From Lama guanicoe (lineage: Eukaryota): a stretch of DNA of 64,000 bases. Below the pieces are notes generated by a model. The model was not told the origin of the DNA, ran no database searches, and saw nothing but the letters and a program-made list of their open reading frames with translations. A program made the translations under genes and the position numbers. Where the stretch lies: the NCBI GenBank assembly GCA_013239625.1, contig MU056000.1, positions 11,111,175 through 11,175,174 on the forward strand, read 5' to 3'. Positions 13,273 through 25,939 of the stretch are shown here, piece after piece (the stretch's first letter is position 1; each line of letters starts with the position of its first letter).

Positions 13273-14464
13273 CCTGCAGAGAGAGGTGGGGCTTTGCAAG
13301 TTGAATGGAGTGGAGGGGCTGGGAAGGGGAATGCGGGTGGACAGAGCCCTGTGGTGTGAGGATGTGATCACGAGTCGAGTCGAAAGCCAGAAGAAAGAAG
13401 CTTTTGAGCATACGGTAGTTGACACACTGAGCTTTTTGGGAGAGTGGGAAATCCAGGGGTACTATGCCAGAGGGCATGGTCCAGCTGATTAGACGTGCTG
13501 TTGGCCTGGAGGAGAGATTTAGTTCAGCGATATGGATTTGGAGACATCATCTTGCACTTAAAATTCTGGAGGTACCCGAGGTTTCCAGAGGGGAGAGGGG
13601 CCTCGGAGTGGACCTCCAAGGCCTGGTTTATGAGCTCCTTACGGGAGCTTTGCATCTGCTCTCCTGGGCCTCCTCAGGTTTGCACTCTGGGGGTGAATGT
13701 TTAAAGAAAATTAAGAAAACTGATCATCTCCTGGGAAGTGTTCCTCTTCCATTTAGTTCCTAAGGACTGGAGGGAACTATGTGGATGTTTGGGGAGGAAT
13801 GTCTGGCAGTTTGGTGCAGAGGCTGGGGTGAGCGGGGACCCAGGAGAGACGAGTGAAGGACCGAGGGGCAGCAGCGAAGAGGATGTGCCATCAAGAAGTG
13901 TGGGCTGGTTCCCTGGCCCCGGCTCCTAGGCCTATGGGAGGTTGGGTGTGGGCTGATCCTAGTGAGCGGATCAGGAAGACAGACACTGACAAACAGGGAA
14001 GCATCTTGGCCGGGCATTTAAATTTTCTGTTTAACCATGAAAGGATGCTGGGAGTTTTTCTCCTAAGTCAACAATAGACCATCTTATGAAGCAGTCTGAT
14101 ATTTTAGTAATTGATTCACTAGCTTATAATGTAGAAAGGGAAATTAGGAGCCAGGGAAGACTGAATCTGAACGCCCCCTGAAGTTAATAAACTATGGTTT
14201 TGAAGGGTAGAACCAAGAACGTTTTGAACAATGATGCTTTGGAACACAGAAAGCCTCCAAAGGCGTGCTCCTTGAAGGACAAACTCATGTTGATGTCTGT
14301 GTTCTGGAATGTACATTAAAAATTCATCCTAATTATTACTTCATTGACATACCTCATTAACAACAGTGGAAGTGATAATCGCCAACATTCATCAAACACA
14401 GCTCGAAGGCGCTGCGTGGTGCGCGGTGCCCTCCATCTGCCTGTGTTCGTATGTAGGTGGCTAA

Positions 14465-14640
14465 CCACTGGCATTTTACTTAACCTCTCTGTTCCTCAGT
14501 CTCCTCATCTATAAAATGGGTGTGAAAACTGCATCCACCTTGTAGGAATGTTTCAGTCACTAAATGAGTTAATACACAACAGACAGAGAGCACTTAGAAT
14601 AATTTCCGGGACCTCGTAGGAGTTTGACGGATGTTAGTGA
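14465..14640 (+). mobile_element. MIR SINE
   Basis: Core ttacttaacctctctgttcctcagtctcctcatctataaaatggg. Confidence 0.8.
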
Positions 14641-14804
14641 TTAGTTCACAGAAGGCTCCCAATGACCTTCTTGGCCTCTCATATAAAGAGGAGACAGTTT
14701 TGTGTTGAAGAAGTGAAGTCAGAAGCTGGTAAGTAAGTTTTAGCACCAGTATTCAACCCAGACTTAGCCAGAATCTCAAAAAAGCTTGTGCCCTAAACTT
14801 CCCT

Positions 14805-15190
14805 GAATCAGTAAACTACAGCTTGCCAGCCACATGCTGCCTGTTCTCTGCCTTTGTAAGGGCCTAAAGCTCCGGATGATTTTTTTGGATGGACACTGCC
14901 ATTGAAATGATGATGGGAAACACTACTTTTGAATCCCCATTAAGGGAAATATCATATGAATCCCTCGCGAATAATTACAATCTCTCATTAGTAAATTCAT
15001 ATTCTGCAAGTGATTGTACTCAGTGAGAATTTTTGTATTTAGGATTTGGTAGATAAAAGAAATGTGGAAATGTGTTTTTTCTTTTTTTTTGTAAGTATCT
15101 ACATAGTTACCTTGATTTTGACGCCAGACCTACAAAGCTGAAAAGACTCCTCTCTGGCCCTTTCCAGGAGACGTTGCTGGATGCCGCCCT
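14805..15190. mobile_element. hAT-Charlie (MER58-family) element
   Basis: Start cagtaaactacagcttgccagcc and end cctacaaagctgaaaagactcctctctggccctttccaggagacgttgctgg resemble MER58/Charlie termini. Confidence 0.6.
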
Positions 15191-17529
15191 AACCACCCTG
15201 GTACTGCCTTCATTTCTGTTAGCTACCAGGATGGTCCCTGTGGGAGAAAGTTTTGGAAACCAGAGACCTGGTCATTGCAGATAGGATGCAGGGGACAAAA
15301 GCTGAGTGGTGGAGAGTGGGGGAGGAGGATGCTTCCATAAGCAGGGCTGTGAGTGGTCACAGTGAGGCTGTGTGTATCTAGAGATTTTGGCAGGACTTCT
15401 GTGCAAAAGCCTAGGAGGGTGTGTTTCTGAAGATCTCTCCTGCTAGAGAACATTGGCTCAATCTGTCGAAACAGGAACATTCTCCCAGATTACTCGTTTC
15501 TTTCCATCTCTCAGGGGTGCTCTAAATAAAAAATGTCCTCTCAAGATGTAAGCCTAGAAGCTTGGCAGGATTTTTCAAAGGCGACTTTAATATTTTTATT
15601 TTCCCTTGAAGGAGGCTTGGAAAACTCATTTCCATCACTGAGCTGGTGGGACATCCCTGGAGCCTGGAATAAAAATCATGTAACCAGCGGCTCCTGGGAC
15701 GTGGTTAATGGAGATGGTGTGATTGGTGACAGGGAGCCCAAGGTGATTTTGATTTTGCCAAATAAAAACGGAACACAGAGATGGAAATCTGGGGGGTACT
15801 GCTGAGACCTGAAAGGAGCCATGAAGACGTTCAGGCTGTGTCAGCCCGTTCATTTCGCAGATGCTAAGAAGGGGACTCAGAGATCCCGAATAACCTCTTG
15901 CCCAAGCTGGGGAGTGGCCCGCAGGGAGACCCAGGGCTGCTGGCAAACTTCTTTCTTTACTTGGCCATCCAACTGCTTTGAACCTTTTTGCTTCTGAAAC
16001 TTGTTCAGCATTGAAAACAAGTTCAGATCTCCTTGTGGTGACCCCAGCTCTCCAAAACTCATCCCCGAAAATGCCTTGCCCTCCATTCCGGAGACTGCCT
16101 GTAGGCGATGAGACCACCATCACCTTACACCTCACCTGGGTCCTGACTCAGGGGAGCCCACCTGGCCTTGAACTTGCCCACCCACCATTTCTGACCTCCC
16201 CTTTCGAGCAGCTGAAACAGTTCAAGACTCGATTAAAACAGTAGCATCCCAGCAAATGCTGAAATTTAAATCTGGGCTCTTGGCCATACCAAACAGGGTG
16301 GGAGTTATTATTTTCCACCAGTTTTCAGCAAGATGAACGTCCACTTTTTTGGGTTGGGAGAACGAGGCGGGTAGCCTCTGACCGGGAAGCCCCTGCCTTT
16401 CATCTCTAAGTGTTTGTGTTGTACTCAGCGCGGCCACAAAATTGTCACTTTTAAGGTACAAGGACTTGATTAGAGAGAACCCCACTGGGGGAAGCCCTGG
16501 CCGCTTACTTTGTGTTCATCTGCATGTCCCTTGCTTTCTCAGAACATGTACTTGACCCGGGAGCATCTGTGTTTCCATGGAATCCCGTTCCTTTAGCTGT
16601 TGGGCACCAACCTTTGAACAGTTCCCCCTTTCAAGGCAGAGAGCCTTTGTGCTCTGTGAGCTTCTATCTACAAAGCACAAGAACGGTGCATTATTTCTGC
16701 ATAATTATCCGACTGGTAGTAACACTAGGGGTCTGTCCTGTATGCATTATATGGGATATTATCAAGAGCAGGAATTTTACTCTTTTGGCATTGGAAGGGG
16801 ATTTTAACAAACGGAAGAGTAAACCATTGCCCTGAGTCATTAAATGATTGCCCAGCCTCACGCTGCGCAGTGGTGGCAGGATGGTGACTGGTATTCAAGG
16901 CTGTATGGCCCTGTTGATTGTCATCTGATTACTAAAATAATTTTAACTTTTTTTTTTTTGGATAGGGGATATATCTTTAGCCACTGCAAAAAAAATTACA
17001 TATTAAGGATTTTTCCAGAGAAATTCATTTTATGCCTATTGGTTTAATTTCTGGATTTGGAGGGCGGATTATGTTTTCGTGTATGTGTGTTTATGTACGT
17101 GTGTGGGAATGCAGTACTTCTGACCGCTGCACCTGTCATTGGCGGGCACTGGGGGGAAGCTTGAAAATCAATTTCACTCTTGGCTCACATGGCCAATGGA
17201 CGCCCCTGTTTCTTGTGTTCCAAAGAGTCTCACCGTCTCTTCCTCTTTCTTCAGTGTTCATCTCATTTTCATATCATCTTGCCTATTTCACGGTATCCCT
17301 TAGTCTTGGAGGGATTTGTAGATGCAAAACAGCTCATTTGATTTTCAAAAGCAGGCAAGGTGTTGCTTGTTACATCTGTTGAAAGCCTTCCACTTGTAAA
17401 GTGCTCTGACATATGGATTGTCTAGTTTGATGTTCTTAAATCTGTGAGCTATTCATGATGGCAATTGCCTTTTTATTTTCAGAGCTCACTGTACTATGCC
17501 CGATACTGTCCTGGAGGTTTTTCCTATTA

Positions 17530-18630
17530 TCCACTTTAATTCCATTAGCCATCATGTCATTTGTTGAATGCTATTGGCCACTTCCTCCTGTTCTCATGGA
17601 AACACCTTCATTCTTGGCTCATGGCACACCAGTCTCCTGGTCTTGCCTCTGCCTCCCTGTGGACCATCCCCCTTTATGCCAATCACTACCCACTGGCCAC
17701 CCTTCACCTCTCCTCTCCTCACACCCTCATCTCTCCCTTGGCAGATTCACCTGTCCCCATGTCTTCCATTAAGACTACAGATTGATCTCCTTGACTCACA
17801 AATTGTCTCTGGTTTAGACCTGCTAACCAGGTTCTGCACGCACATGCTCAGTAGCTTTCTGAGATGAAACATCACTCTCATCTTGGCTGTTTCAATACAT
17901 ACTTAATCAAACTCATGTTTTTGCCTCTGTTCCTGGTCCTCTGCCCTGGACCTCCTTTGAAACATCCTCTTACCTGGTCCACTCAAATCCATTCCTGTCT
18001 CCTCCAATATACTCTCCACGGTGCAGCCAGCGTGATATTTTCAAAGGCAGATCTAACTTAACATCTTCTTATTTAAAACTAATCACTGATCTTGGAATAA
18101 GTTTCTTAGAATAAAGATCAAAATACTCATCATGGCCCCCAACAGCCTCTGGCACTTTGACCCCAGCCCTCTTGTCCAGCATCATCTCACATCACAGTTT
18201 CCCTTCTTCTCTCTATGATGCCTCCTTCCCACTTGTCTTTTCTTCAGCCATCGTATTTACCATGCTCCTTCTCTCCTAGGAATCTTTGCAAATGATGCTG
18301 CCTTTGCCTAGAATGCTTTTCTCACCCCTCTTTGCCTTGTTAATCTTTACTTATAGTCCCTCTCAGACTTTCTCTCAAGTCAGCCTCTTTCAAATACGTT
18401 TTTTAGTATATCATGTCCTCCTGCAGTTGTAACACTTACCCGAGTTGTAATTTTATGTTTATTCGTATGATTGATTTATCCACTAAAGCTTATATAAGTC
18501 TTCTACTCTACCGTGAACTCACAGCAGTAGGGATATTTTCTGGAATGTCTAACCATTGTTTCTGCACCACCTAGCTAGTGCTTGGCAAATGGTAGACACT
18601 GGAGGAAAATTTATTGAACAAATATATAAA
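17530..18630 (+). mobile_element. L2 LINE 3' portion
   Basis: About 1.1 kb of pyrimidine-rich L2 motifs ending ...tagtgcttggcaaatggtagacact...atttattgaacaaat; a short MIR core follows at ~18630-18680. Confidence 0.8.
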
Positions 18631-19617
18631 TCCCCATTTTACTGATGAGGAAATGAGGCTTAAAGAGGTTAATTGAAAACTTACTCATGTTTCTTAAACA
18701 TGCATTGTTTAGTTGTAAATACTAGAATTCCCCACAAATTTGCCAAAGAAATGAGGGGAAAAAAAGGACATGGGGTAATATGTGGAATACAAGCTGGGAC
18801 TTGAACCAGGACGAGAACTCTTATCAGTAATGGGGAGGGTGGTGAAGTGCCTCTGTCTGTTCCTTCCTCTGTCCCTGTTCACAGGCTCTTTTGCTCCCTC
18901 AGCATGTGGGGTTCTCATCCTTGCTTCTCTCTGTTCATCCTCACTATTCTGCTCGTTGAAATGGCCATACAGCTCCCCTTATCATCCACATTCAAGATCT
19001 GGGGCCACTGAACAACTGACTCACAGGGAAAAGCATGGGAAAGTCATCATGTTCCAAGTGAGTTCCTGAGAGATCAAATTGGCTGGGTCATGCCTCTGAA
19101 TCATTTCTGCTTATTAGATGTCCGTTGTAGACCCACTCCATACCCAGTCTGCTCTGGGTGGGCCACCTGGTTCTGGTCTGAGAATAGGTTGGAAAAGATG
19201 ATGGGCAGGGGTGGGCAGGCATCCTCCAAAGCATCTTCCATCCCAAAGACAGCAGAATTGAAATGCTAGCTCTGTGGTCCTTTCATCTTGCTGCCTGGCA
19301 TATTCCCCCAATGTGAGCAATTCTCTGTTGAATTCACTTGTGAACTTTGAAATCCTCAGTAAAACTTGTGCTTTGATGTGTGATAGTCATCTCTACCAGT
19401 TGTGACTCTGTATCTGCCAGTATCTTGAATGCATTTAAATGCTTCCTCTCACTAGGCTTCATAATAGCCCAGTGAAGGGTAGGTACTGTTTTTCTCCCCT
19501 TTTCATTGGGTGAGAAAACTGAGAACAAGAGAAGTCAGGTGATTTGATGAAAAATGTGGCATTTGAAATCTTGTGCTGGCAAACGGACTCTTAGACACAC
19601 TGACTGCTGTTTTAGAG

Positions 19618-19770
19618 CAGGGATACTTGAGGTGTGGTCTGCAGACCAGCGGTGTCAGCCTTACCTGGGAGCTTGTTAGAGCTGCAGACCCTCAGGCCCC
19701 GCCAGAGGAGTGGGTCATGATTGGCCCATTCCCAGATCCCCAGCTCATCTATGTACATGTTCAGGATCCG
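19618..19770. mobile_element. MER5A-type hAT MITE
   Basis: gtgtggtctgcagaccagcggtgtcagccttacctgggagcttgttagagctgcagaccctcaggcccc. Confidence 0.75.
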
Positions 19771-20825
19771 GCATCTGATTTGATTCTAATTCTGCTCTAA
19801 GACTCTCCCTGTGGAAGGTGATTGAAATCACAATTCCCCTTTTGGTCATTTGTAGAATGATGACAATGAGCGTATATGAACAAATACATGTTAAAACATC
19901 TGGTGCCTTTTGGGCATTCTTAAAAGGTGACTCAATGAAATACTTTTAGAGGGAAAAAAATGAGAGTCACACTGTGAAATGTGTAATCCTCGGTGAAAAC
20001 AAATATTGTTTGCTTCCCTCCCAGATGAGATATGACTCAAAGTGACTGGACGGTATAGACATCTCCAAAATATATTTTCCTCATTCTTGCTTTAAAGGGA
20101 GCCGCTCCTCTGTTTTCTGTTCATCTGTATTTAACTGGTAATCAACAGACCTTTCACCAATTCTTCTTAACTTAAACACGAAAAGAAAACGTGTGTGTCA
20201 CACACATACACACACATACCATAAAACATTACATCAGAGATACCAAATTTTCACGTCTACTGCAGAGGCCCCCTGTGTTCCCTAGGAATTAAAAGCCTGT
20301 GTTGTAGGCCTGGCTGTACAGCCGGAGGGCAGATATCTAATGTGTAGACCATGTGGGGAGCAGAAGTCAAAGTCGGGGGCTGTGTTGCAGTTGGGGTGTC
20401 CTGAGCTCAGGAATGGAGGAGCTTACCAGGCATCCTGATTCAGGCCGTTGCCTGCGTTGTCGGCCCAGTGATGGCCTGGCTGGGGCATAGGGCCCTCTGT
20501 GATCCTCTTGGCCTTCCCCCAGAGACACAGTTGCTGGTACACAATGTGCGCAGGAGGCAGAGCCAGGAAAGGAAATTTCTTCTTATGCCCTTTTTAATCA
20601 GGAAGAAAATACTGTTTCCAGAACCCTGCTCCTCCCCCACTTCATGATAGTCCATTAGTCAGAGCTGGTCATAGCCCTGAGATAAGGGCTGGGGTACAGG
20701 AACAAAGTCGGGGATTGGTTAGCAGAGAAGGGCAGACGGATGGACCCAAAGCAGTGCCCACAAAGAGAGAGAGAGAGAGAGAGATGCCTTTTTACTTGAC
20801 ATAAAAATAAGGTATACTCTCTCAG

Positions 20826-21449
20826 TGTATTAGTTAGGCTTCTCTGGAGAAAAAGAACCAATAAGGTATGTGTATATAATATAGGGCAAATTTTACGTTA
20901 CATATATTTCATTGGAATTATATATATATACACACACACATGTACATATATATGTATACATATATATATCTATACATACATATATACATACCATTGGTCT
21001 GTTTCTCTAGAGAACCCTGACTAATATACCTGGAGATTACACCTTAATAATAGAGATTAATCATGAGATTTATTATGAGGAATTAGCTCACGTGATTTCA
21101 GAGGCTGAGAAGATTCAAGATGTGCTGTTGGCAAGCTGGACACTCAAAAAAGTCAGTGGTATAATTCAGTCTGAGTCTGAAGGTCTGAGAAGTGGGAGCA
21201 CCAGGTGTGTAAGTGCCTTTTTGAAGGCAGAAGACTGATGGCCCAGCTCTGCCTCTTTCTATCCAGGCTCTCAGACAGCTGGGTGATGTCTCCCACATGG
21301 GGGAGGGCAGTGTGCCTGTCTCAGCCTACCAGTCCTACTGCTCATCTCTCGCAGAAATGGGCTCACAGGCTGACCAAGAAAGAACACTTCAGCGGGTAGC
21401 TGAGCATCCTGTGACTCAGGCAGGGTGGCATGTAAAATTGATCATCACA
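20826..21449 (-). mobile_element. MLT2 (ERVL) solo LTR with internal (TA)/(TATG) microsatellite
   Basis: Starts tgtattagttaggcttctctggaga and ends aaaattgatcatcaca (TG...CA); flanks ctcag/ctaag are a near-perfect 5-bp TSD. Confidence 0.88.
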
Positions 21450-21788
21450 CTAAGATTGTGAGATGGATCAAGATAGGAGAATAGAAAGGCTGATAAAAGC
21501 TATGTTTTTTTGTTTTTGTTTTTGTTTTTTTGTTACCACATACATATATCAGTATACTCAGAACAAAGTTATTTTGTATTTCAGTTGATCAGATTTTTAG
21601 ACTCCTCTCCACCTTCCACATTCATGACTGTCCCTGGTCTGGAAAAAGTCCCTGATCAGTTATGACCTAAGAATGTTGATACCTCTTTTACTGTGGCAAA
21701 TCAGAAAGGAAGTAAAGTATATATATTAACCTTGTTTTAGAATTGTCCCCATCTCGATGATATTAAGGAATAGCCTACCTCTCTTTTT

Positions 21789-21979
21789 AAAATTAAAAAA
21801 AAAATTTCTTTTACTCTTTTTGTGTGTGTGTGTGTGGGGGAGGTAATTAGGTTTATTTATTTATTCATTTTTATATCTTATTTTGTTATTATTTTTTTAA
21901 CAGAGGTACTGGGGATTGAACCCAGGACCTCGTGCATGCTAAGTACGCACTCTTCTGCTGAGCTATACCCTCCCACCCA
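21789..21979 (-). mobile_element. tRNA-derived SINE, camelid Vic-1-like
   Basis: Minus strand reads GGGTATAGCTCAG (A box)...GGTTCAATCCCCAGTACCTC (B box), then an AT-rich region, AAACCTAATTACCTCCCC and an A-rich tail; TSD-like acctct(c/t)ttttt at 21777-21788 and 21980-21991. Confidence 0.85.
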
Positions 21980-22689
21980 ACCTCTTTTTTTTGAAGCTCA
22001 AGTTGTGTGGAACGCAACCCTTCTCAACTTTGAGGTGACATTTTAGAGTAAGAACCAATAATCAAAATGAGAAGTCAGTAAAGAAGCCAGGTTCTTAATT
22101 CCACCTGAAATAAAACATTCTGTCATTCACGTGCAGGGGCTTTTTATTTATTGGGCTTTATCAGCATAGTTCTTAAGCTCTACAAACATATTAAATACAG
22201 AAATGAGAGCATAACATTACAATTAATAAAGATTGAATTAAGAGTCTGAAATGTATCATAGCAACACAATGCAGTTCAGTTTTACATGATTATATTCAAA
22301 GTGAGCTGTGGGTCATTTTGAACTCATGTCCTACACGATGACACTTCCAAAAGTAAGAGGAGTAAGGTGCATGAAGGACTTAAAATGAGCGCGATTACAC
22401 CTTTCATCAAAAAGAACCTTACTTTACTTTTTATTAGCTCCTCTTTTAGTGCCTTGGGCACAGGAGTTGGGCGTGCTGTATCCAAAGTTGTGGGGTCTGA
22501 AAGCTGTAGAGGTAACTGAAGGAAAGATGCCGGAGAATCTTGTATTCCACTGAGTGGAGAAGGCATTTGGATCTGCTGACCCTGTTTGATTGCTGGAAAG
22601 CCACGGAGCCTTGGGTGATGAGATGATGCCTTGGAGACAAGCAGTCAGAGGACCCCAGCTCTCCCCACTCTCCCACCGTCCAGTGTATA

Positions 22690-23015
22690 GCGCTTGAATT
22701 ATGCTAAGAAGAGATTACCATAAAACCGTAAAATCAAGGACAAAAGGACAAATACTGATGATTCCACCTCTGTGGAATCTCTAGATCAGGTAACTCCATA
22801 GAGACAGAAAGCAGATTAGAAATGACCAGGGGCTGGGTGAAGGGGTAAAAGGGAGTCGTTGCTTTAGGGGGACAGAGCTTCGGTTTAGGGTAATGACAAA
22901 TCTAGGAAATGGTGGAGAAGGTTGCACAACATTGTAAGTGTAGTTAATGCCTCTGGATTGTACACTTAAAATGTTTAAAATGGCAAGTTTTTAACCAAAA
23001 TTTTTTAAAAAGTGG
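22690..23015 (+). mobile_element. L1MB-type 3' end
   Basis: caaaaggacaaatactg..attccac...catagagacagaaagcagattag...ggttgcacaacattgtaagtgtagttaatgcc...tgtacacttaaaatg. Confidence 0.85.
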
Positions 23016-23549
23016 AAAAAGAACCTGCAGTGGAATCTTGCATAGTGAAGCTCTTACTAACGCCATCAGCTGCTCTCTTCAAGGTCCTGAGGAGGTTGGG
23101 CTGGCTTTTCCTTTGCTTTCTGAGAGGATAAATCTCACTTCCCTTCAGAACACAGAGCACAGTTTCTGGCTCTTGCCCTGGTGCTCACTGCTGCCCGGCC
23201 AGCGGGAGCCGGCCAAGGGGATCACGCGGGAGCCAGGTGAGGTTGGGCTCTATCTGGCATGTGTGGTTTCTGAGTACCCAGCGTGCTCTGCCCAAGGGAT
23301 TGGATATGGAAATAGTCCGTTCTCTGCCTCTGGATTCCAGAAATAAACCCAAGGCTCCTGAGTAAACTGGAGCCGCTCACCAAGACCCAAGCAATGACAC
23401 CTCCTTGTAGGTGAGCCTGCAACACCCTTTGGGTGTTTGGAATTAAACCCACGTTGAGTGGTGTCCAAGTCAGATTCGTTTTATGGAGAATTATTTTCTC
23501 CTCTTATACAGAGATTGCTTTTTCATTCTTTGGAGTCTCAGACATAAAT

Positions 23550-23552
<3 letters not shown>

Positions 23553-23586
<34 letters not shown>
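23553..23586. repeat. (GT)n microsatellite
   Basis: Uninterrupted GT dinucleotide run. Confidence 0.97.
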
Positions 23587-23587
<1 letters not shown>

Positions 23588-24259
23588 CATGCGCATGCGT
23601 GTAGGAAAGCCTCTAAGCATCTGCAGTTCAGGCATTTGTGATGGCAGGTTAGGAGGAGGGACCTGGAGCTGAGCTGTCCTCCCTGTGGGAGCCTGTCAAG
23701 GGACTTGACTCCCCAGGGGGTTGTTACAGGAATTAAATGAATACATTAATACAGACGAAGCACTCAAGACACCGAGTAGGTACTCAGTGGACATGAGCCT
23801 TTATTATTAACGGTCATAGTGCTGGTCTGAGTGGCAGTGTTTGCCTGTTTGGACGCTGTATAAGAAGCGAGTTGTGTTTTGGGAAGGAGAGTGCATAGGA
23901 AGGTAACATAAAAGGTGGAAATGAAGGGCATGTTAGGAAGACAAAGTGTTGAGACGTGACACGTGTCGGAAATAACTGGAAACCCTTCAACCTGTTGTCA
24001 TTCAGTTTAATCTAAAGTGAGATTGTGGAAGGGCCATGGTCATGTACAGATAACATAACCCTTTGTAGACCACAGAGTCATGGAGCTGACAATGGAAAAT
24101 ATCAATGCAGTAGAAACTCACATCTATTTGCTTATATATGGGTGTGTGTGTGTGTGTTTCATAAAAAAAGGTCCCTGGCTGCATAGTCGAACTTCCTTAA
24201 TTTGTAAATGGAAAAATATTATGTAGAACCTAAGTGACTGGCCCTAAGTAACATTCACT

Positions 24260-24458
24260 AGATATACACTACCATATATGAAATAGATAAACAACAAGGT
24301 CCTACTGTATGGCACAGGGAACTATATTCAATACCTTGTAATAGGCTATAATGAAAAAGAATATGAAAAGGAATGTATATGTATAACTGAATCACTATGC
24401 TGTACACCAGAAATTAACACGACATTGTAAATTGACTATACTTCAGTTAAAAAAAAAA
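24260..24458 (+). mobile_element. Young cetartiodactyl-type L1 3'UTR with poly(A)
   Basis: aaatagataaacaacaaggtcctactgtatggcacagggaactatattcaata...ctgaatcactatgctgtacaccagaaa...tatacttcagttaaaaaaaaaa. Confidence 0.9.
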
Positions 24459-25499
24459 GTGATCTTGAAATCTCTTATTGAAGGCCCTTTTCATTATTCT
24501 GTGGGACAGTTTTACACACCTCCTGTGAACAAGGGACAAAAACCTTATATTGCCAAGCTCCTAATTGATCAGAATGTACCTAGTATTTGATGAAGCAGAA
24601 CATCTGTCAAAAAGAAAAAAAAAGTGAAGGAGATTAATGGAGTTAAGGCCAAAGTTTGAAAGATTTGCAGCGTTCATGTAATTGCGTTGGCAGTAACACA
24701 CCTGGCTTCATGAATGATAACTATTTATGCTGATGTTAAGAGCTAGAACTGATACTGAATAATGGAAGGCGAGGCTCATTCAGCAGTGCACGTTGTGTTT
24801 TTTCTTTTTTTCCCCCTTGCCCGAGAACGAACTGCTCATCCCTCTTGTGACTGCACGTAGAACCCAACCCCGTCGGGCACCGTCATTTTCGTTGTTTGAG
24901 GGTAGCCCTGGTACCTGCACACACGGCATGATTGTTACCTACACTCCTTAACGCTGGCAGACAAGCTTGCTGAGGGCATCTTAGACATGTTTGTACCGTC
25001 CTGTGCACCCAGCAAATATCTTGCACTTTGCTGCTACTCGGTAACTGTTTCTGAATGAATAAACAGATGGATATATAGTAGAACAGATTAGCTCATGCCT
25101 TTGTAGACAGTGGATTCTTAATAAAACCTACCCAAGTGACCTTAATATTTAATAAAATATTTCCTTTGGTTCCTGCTTCAAGCTTCCAAATTCTACTTAA
25201 GCTGTTGAGATTATTTTCTTTAAAATATTAACAATTAAAAAAATGTTTAGCTTGGTAATTGGCAGTGGCAAATGAACTATAGGTTTAAAATTATATAAAT
25301 CAGGTGACCATTGGAGACCATTTCCCCCAACCACTGTCAAAAGAAGTTTTTAATACAACAGATGGTTCTTGTCTGACCAGCTGCCTCGGGGGGGTTCCAT
25401 CGCCCACCTTGCTCCTCTGTCCAGGACCTCATCCCCTCCTGCTGCCTCATCTCTTGTCAGGTTTGACTTTCTCACCAGACAGTAGGCTCCTTAAGTGAC

Positions 25500-25920
25500 T
25501 TGATATTTTCACATTAATCATGAAATTCATAAGCATGTTTACTACTCATATGAAATATGGGGAATGATAATAAAATGCAAACCCACAGCCCAGCTTAGGA
25601 AACAGAATGTTACCAGCACATTCTGATCCTCTCTGTGCCTTCTGCAAATCCACACCCCCTCCGGGTCACCAGCATCCAGATTTTGTGTTTATCACATCTT
25701 GGTTATTCTCTTTACAGTTTTTTCTACTTATCTCTGTACTTTTGTAGTGTGTACTTATGTAGTACTTTGGCGTGTTTGGAATCTAATGTAAATGGGATCA
25801 CATTGCATGTATTCTTGTATATCTTGCTTTTTTCCATCAGCATTCTAGTTATGAGAATTGCTCATGTTGAAGCGTATAGCTGTGATTCTTTCATTTTCAT
25901 TGACTGTTTTTAGCAATTTC
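25500..25920 (-). mobile_element. Old L1ME-type 3' fragment
   Basis: acccacagcccagcttaggaaacagaatgttaccagcac...atgtaaatgggatcacattgcatgtattc...ttcattttcattg. Confidence 0.65.
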
Positions 25921-25939
25921 TTGCTTGTCTGTCCCCCCC

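Noticed and set aside
15635..16135. 166-aa minus-strand ORF
   Set aside because: No recognisable protein features or exon boundaries; overlapping ORFs in other frames are equally uninformative.
21900..21975. tRNA gene
   Set aside because: A and B boxes are present, but it has a SINE body, tail and TSD and no complete cloverleaf.
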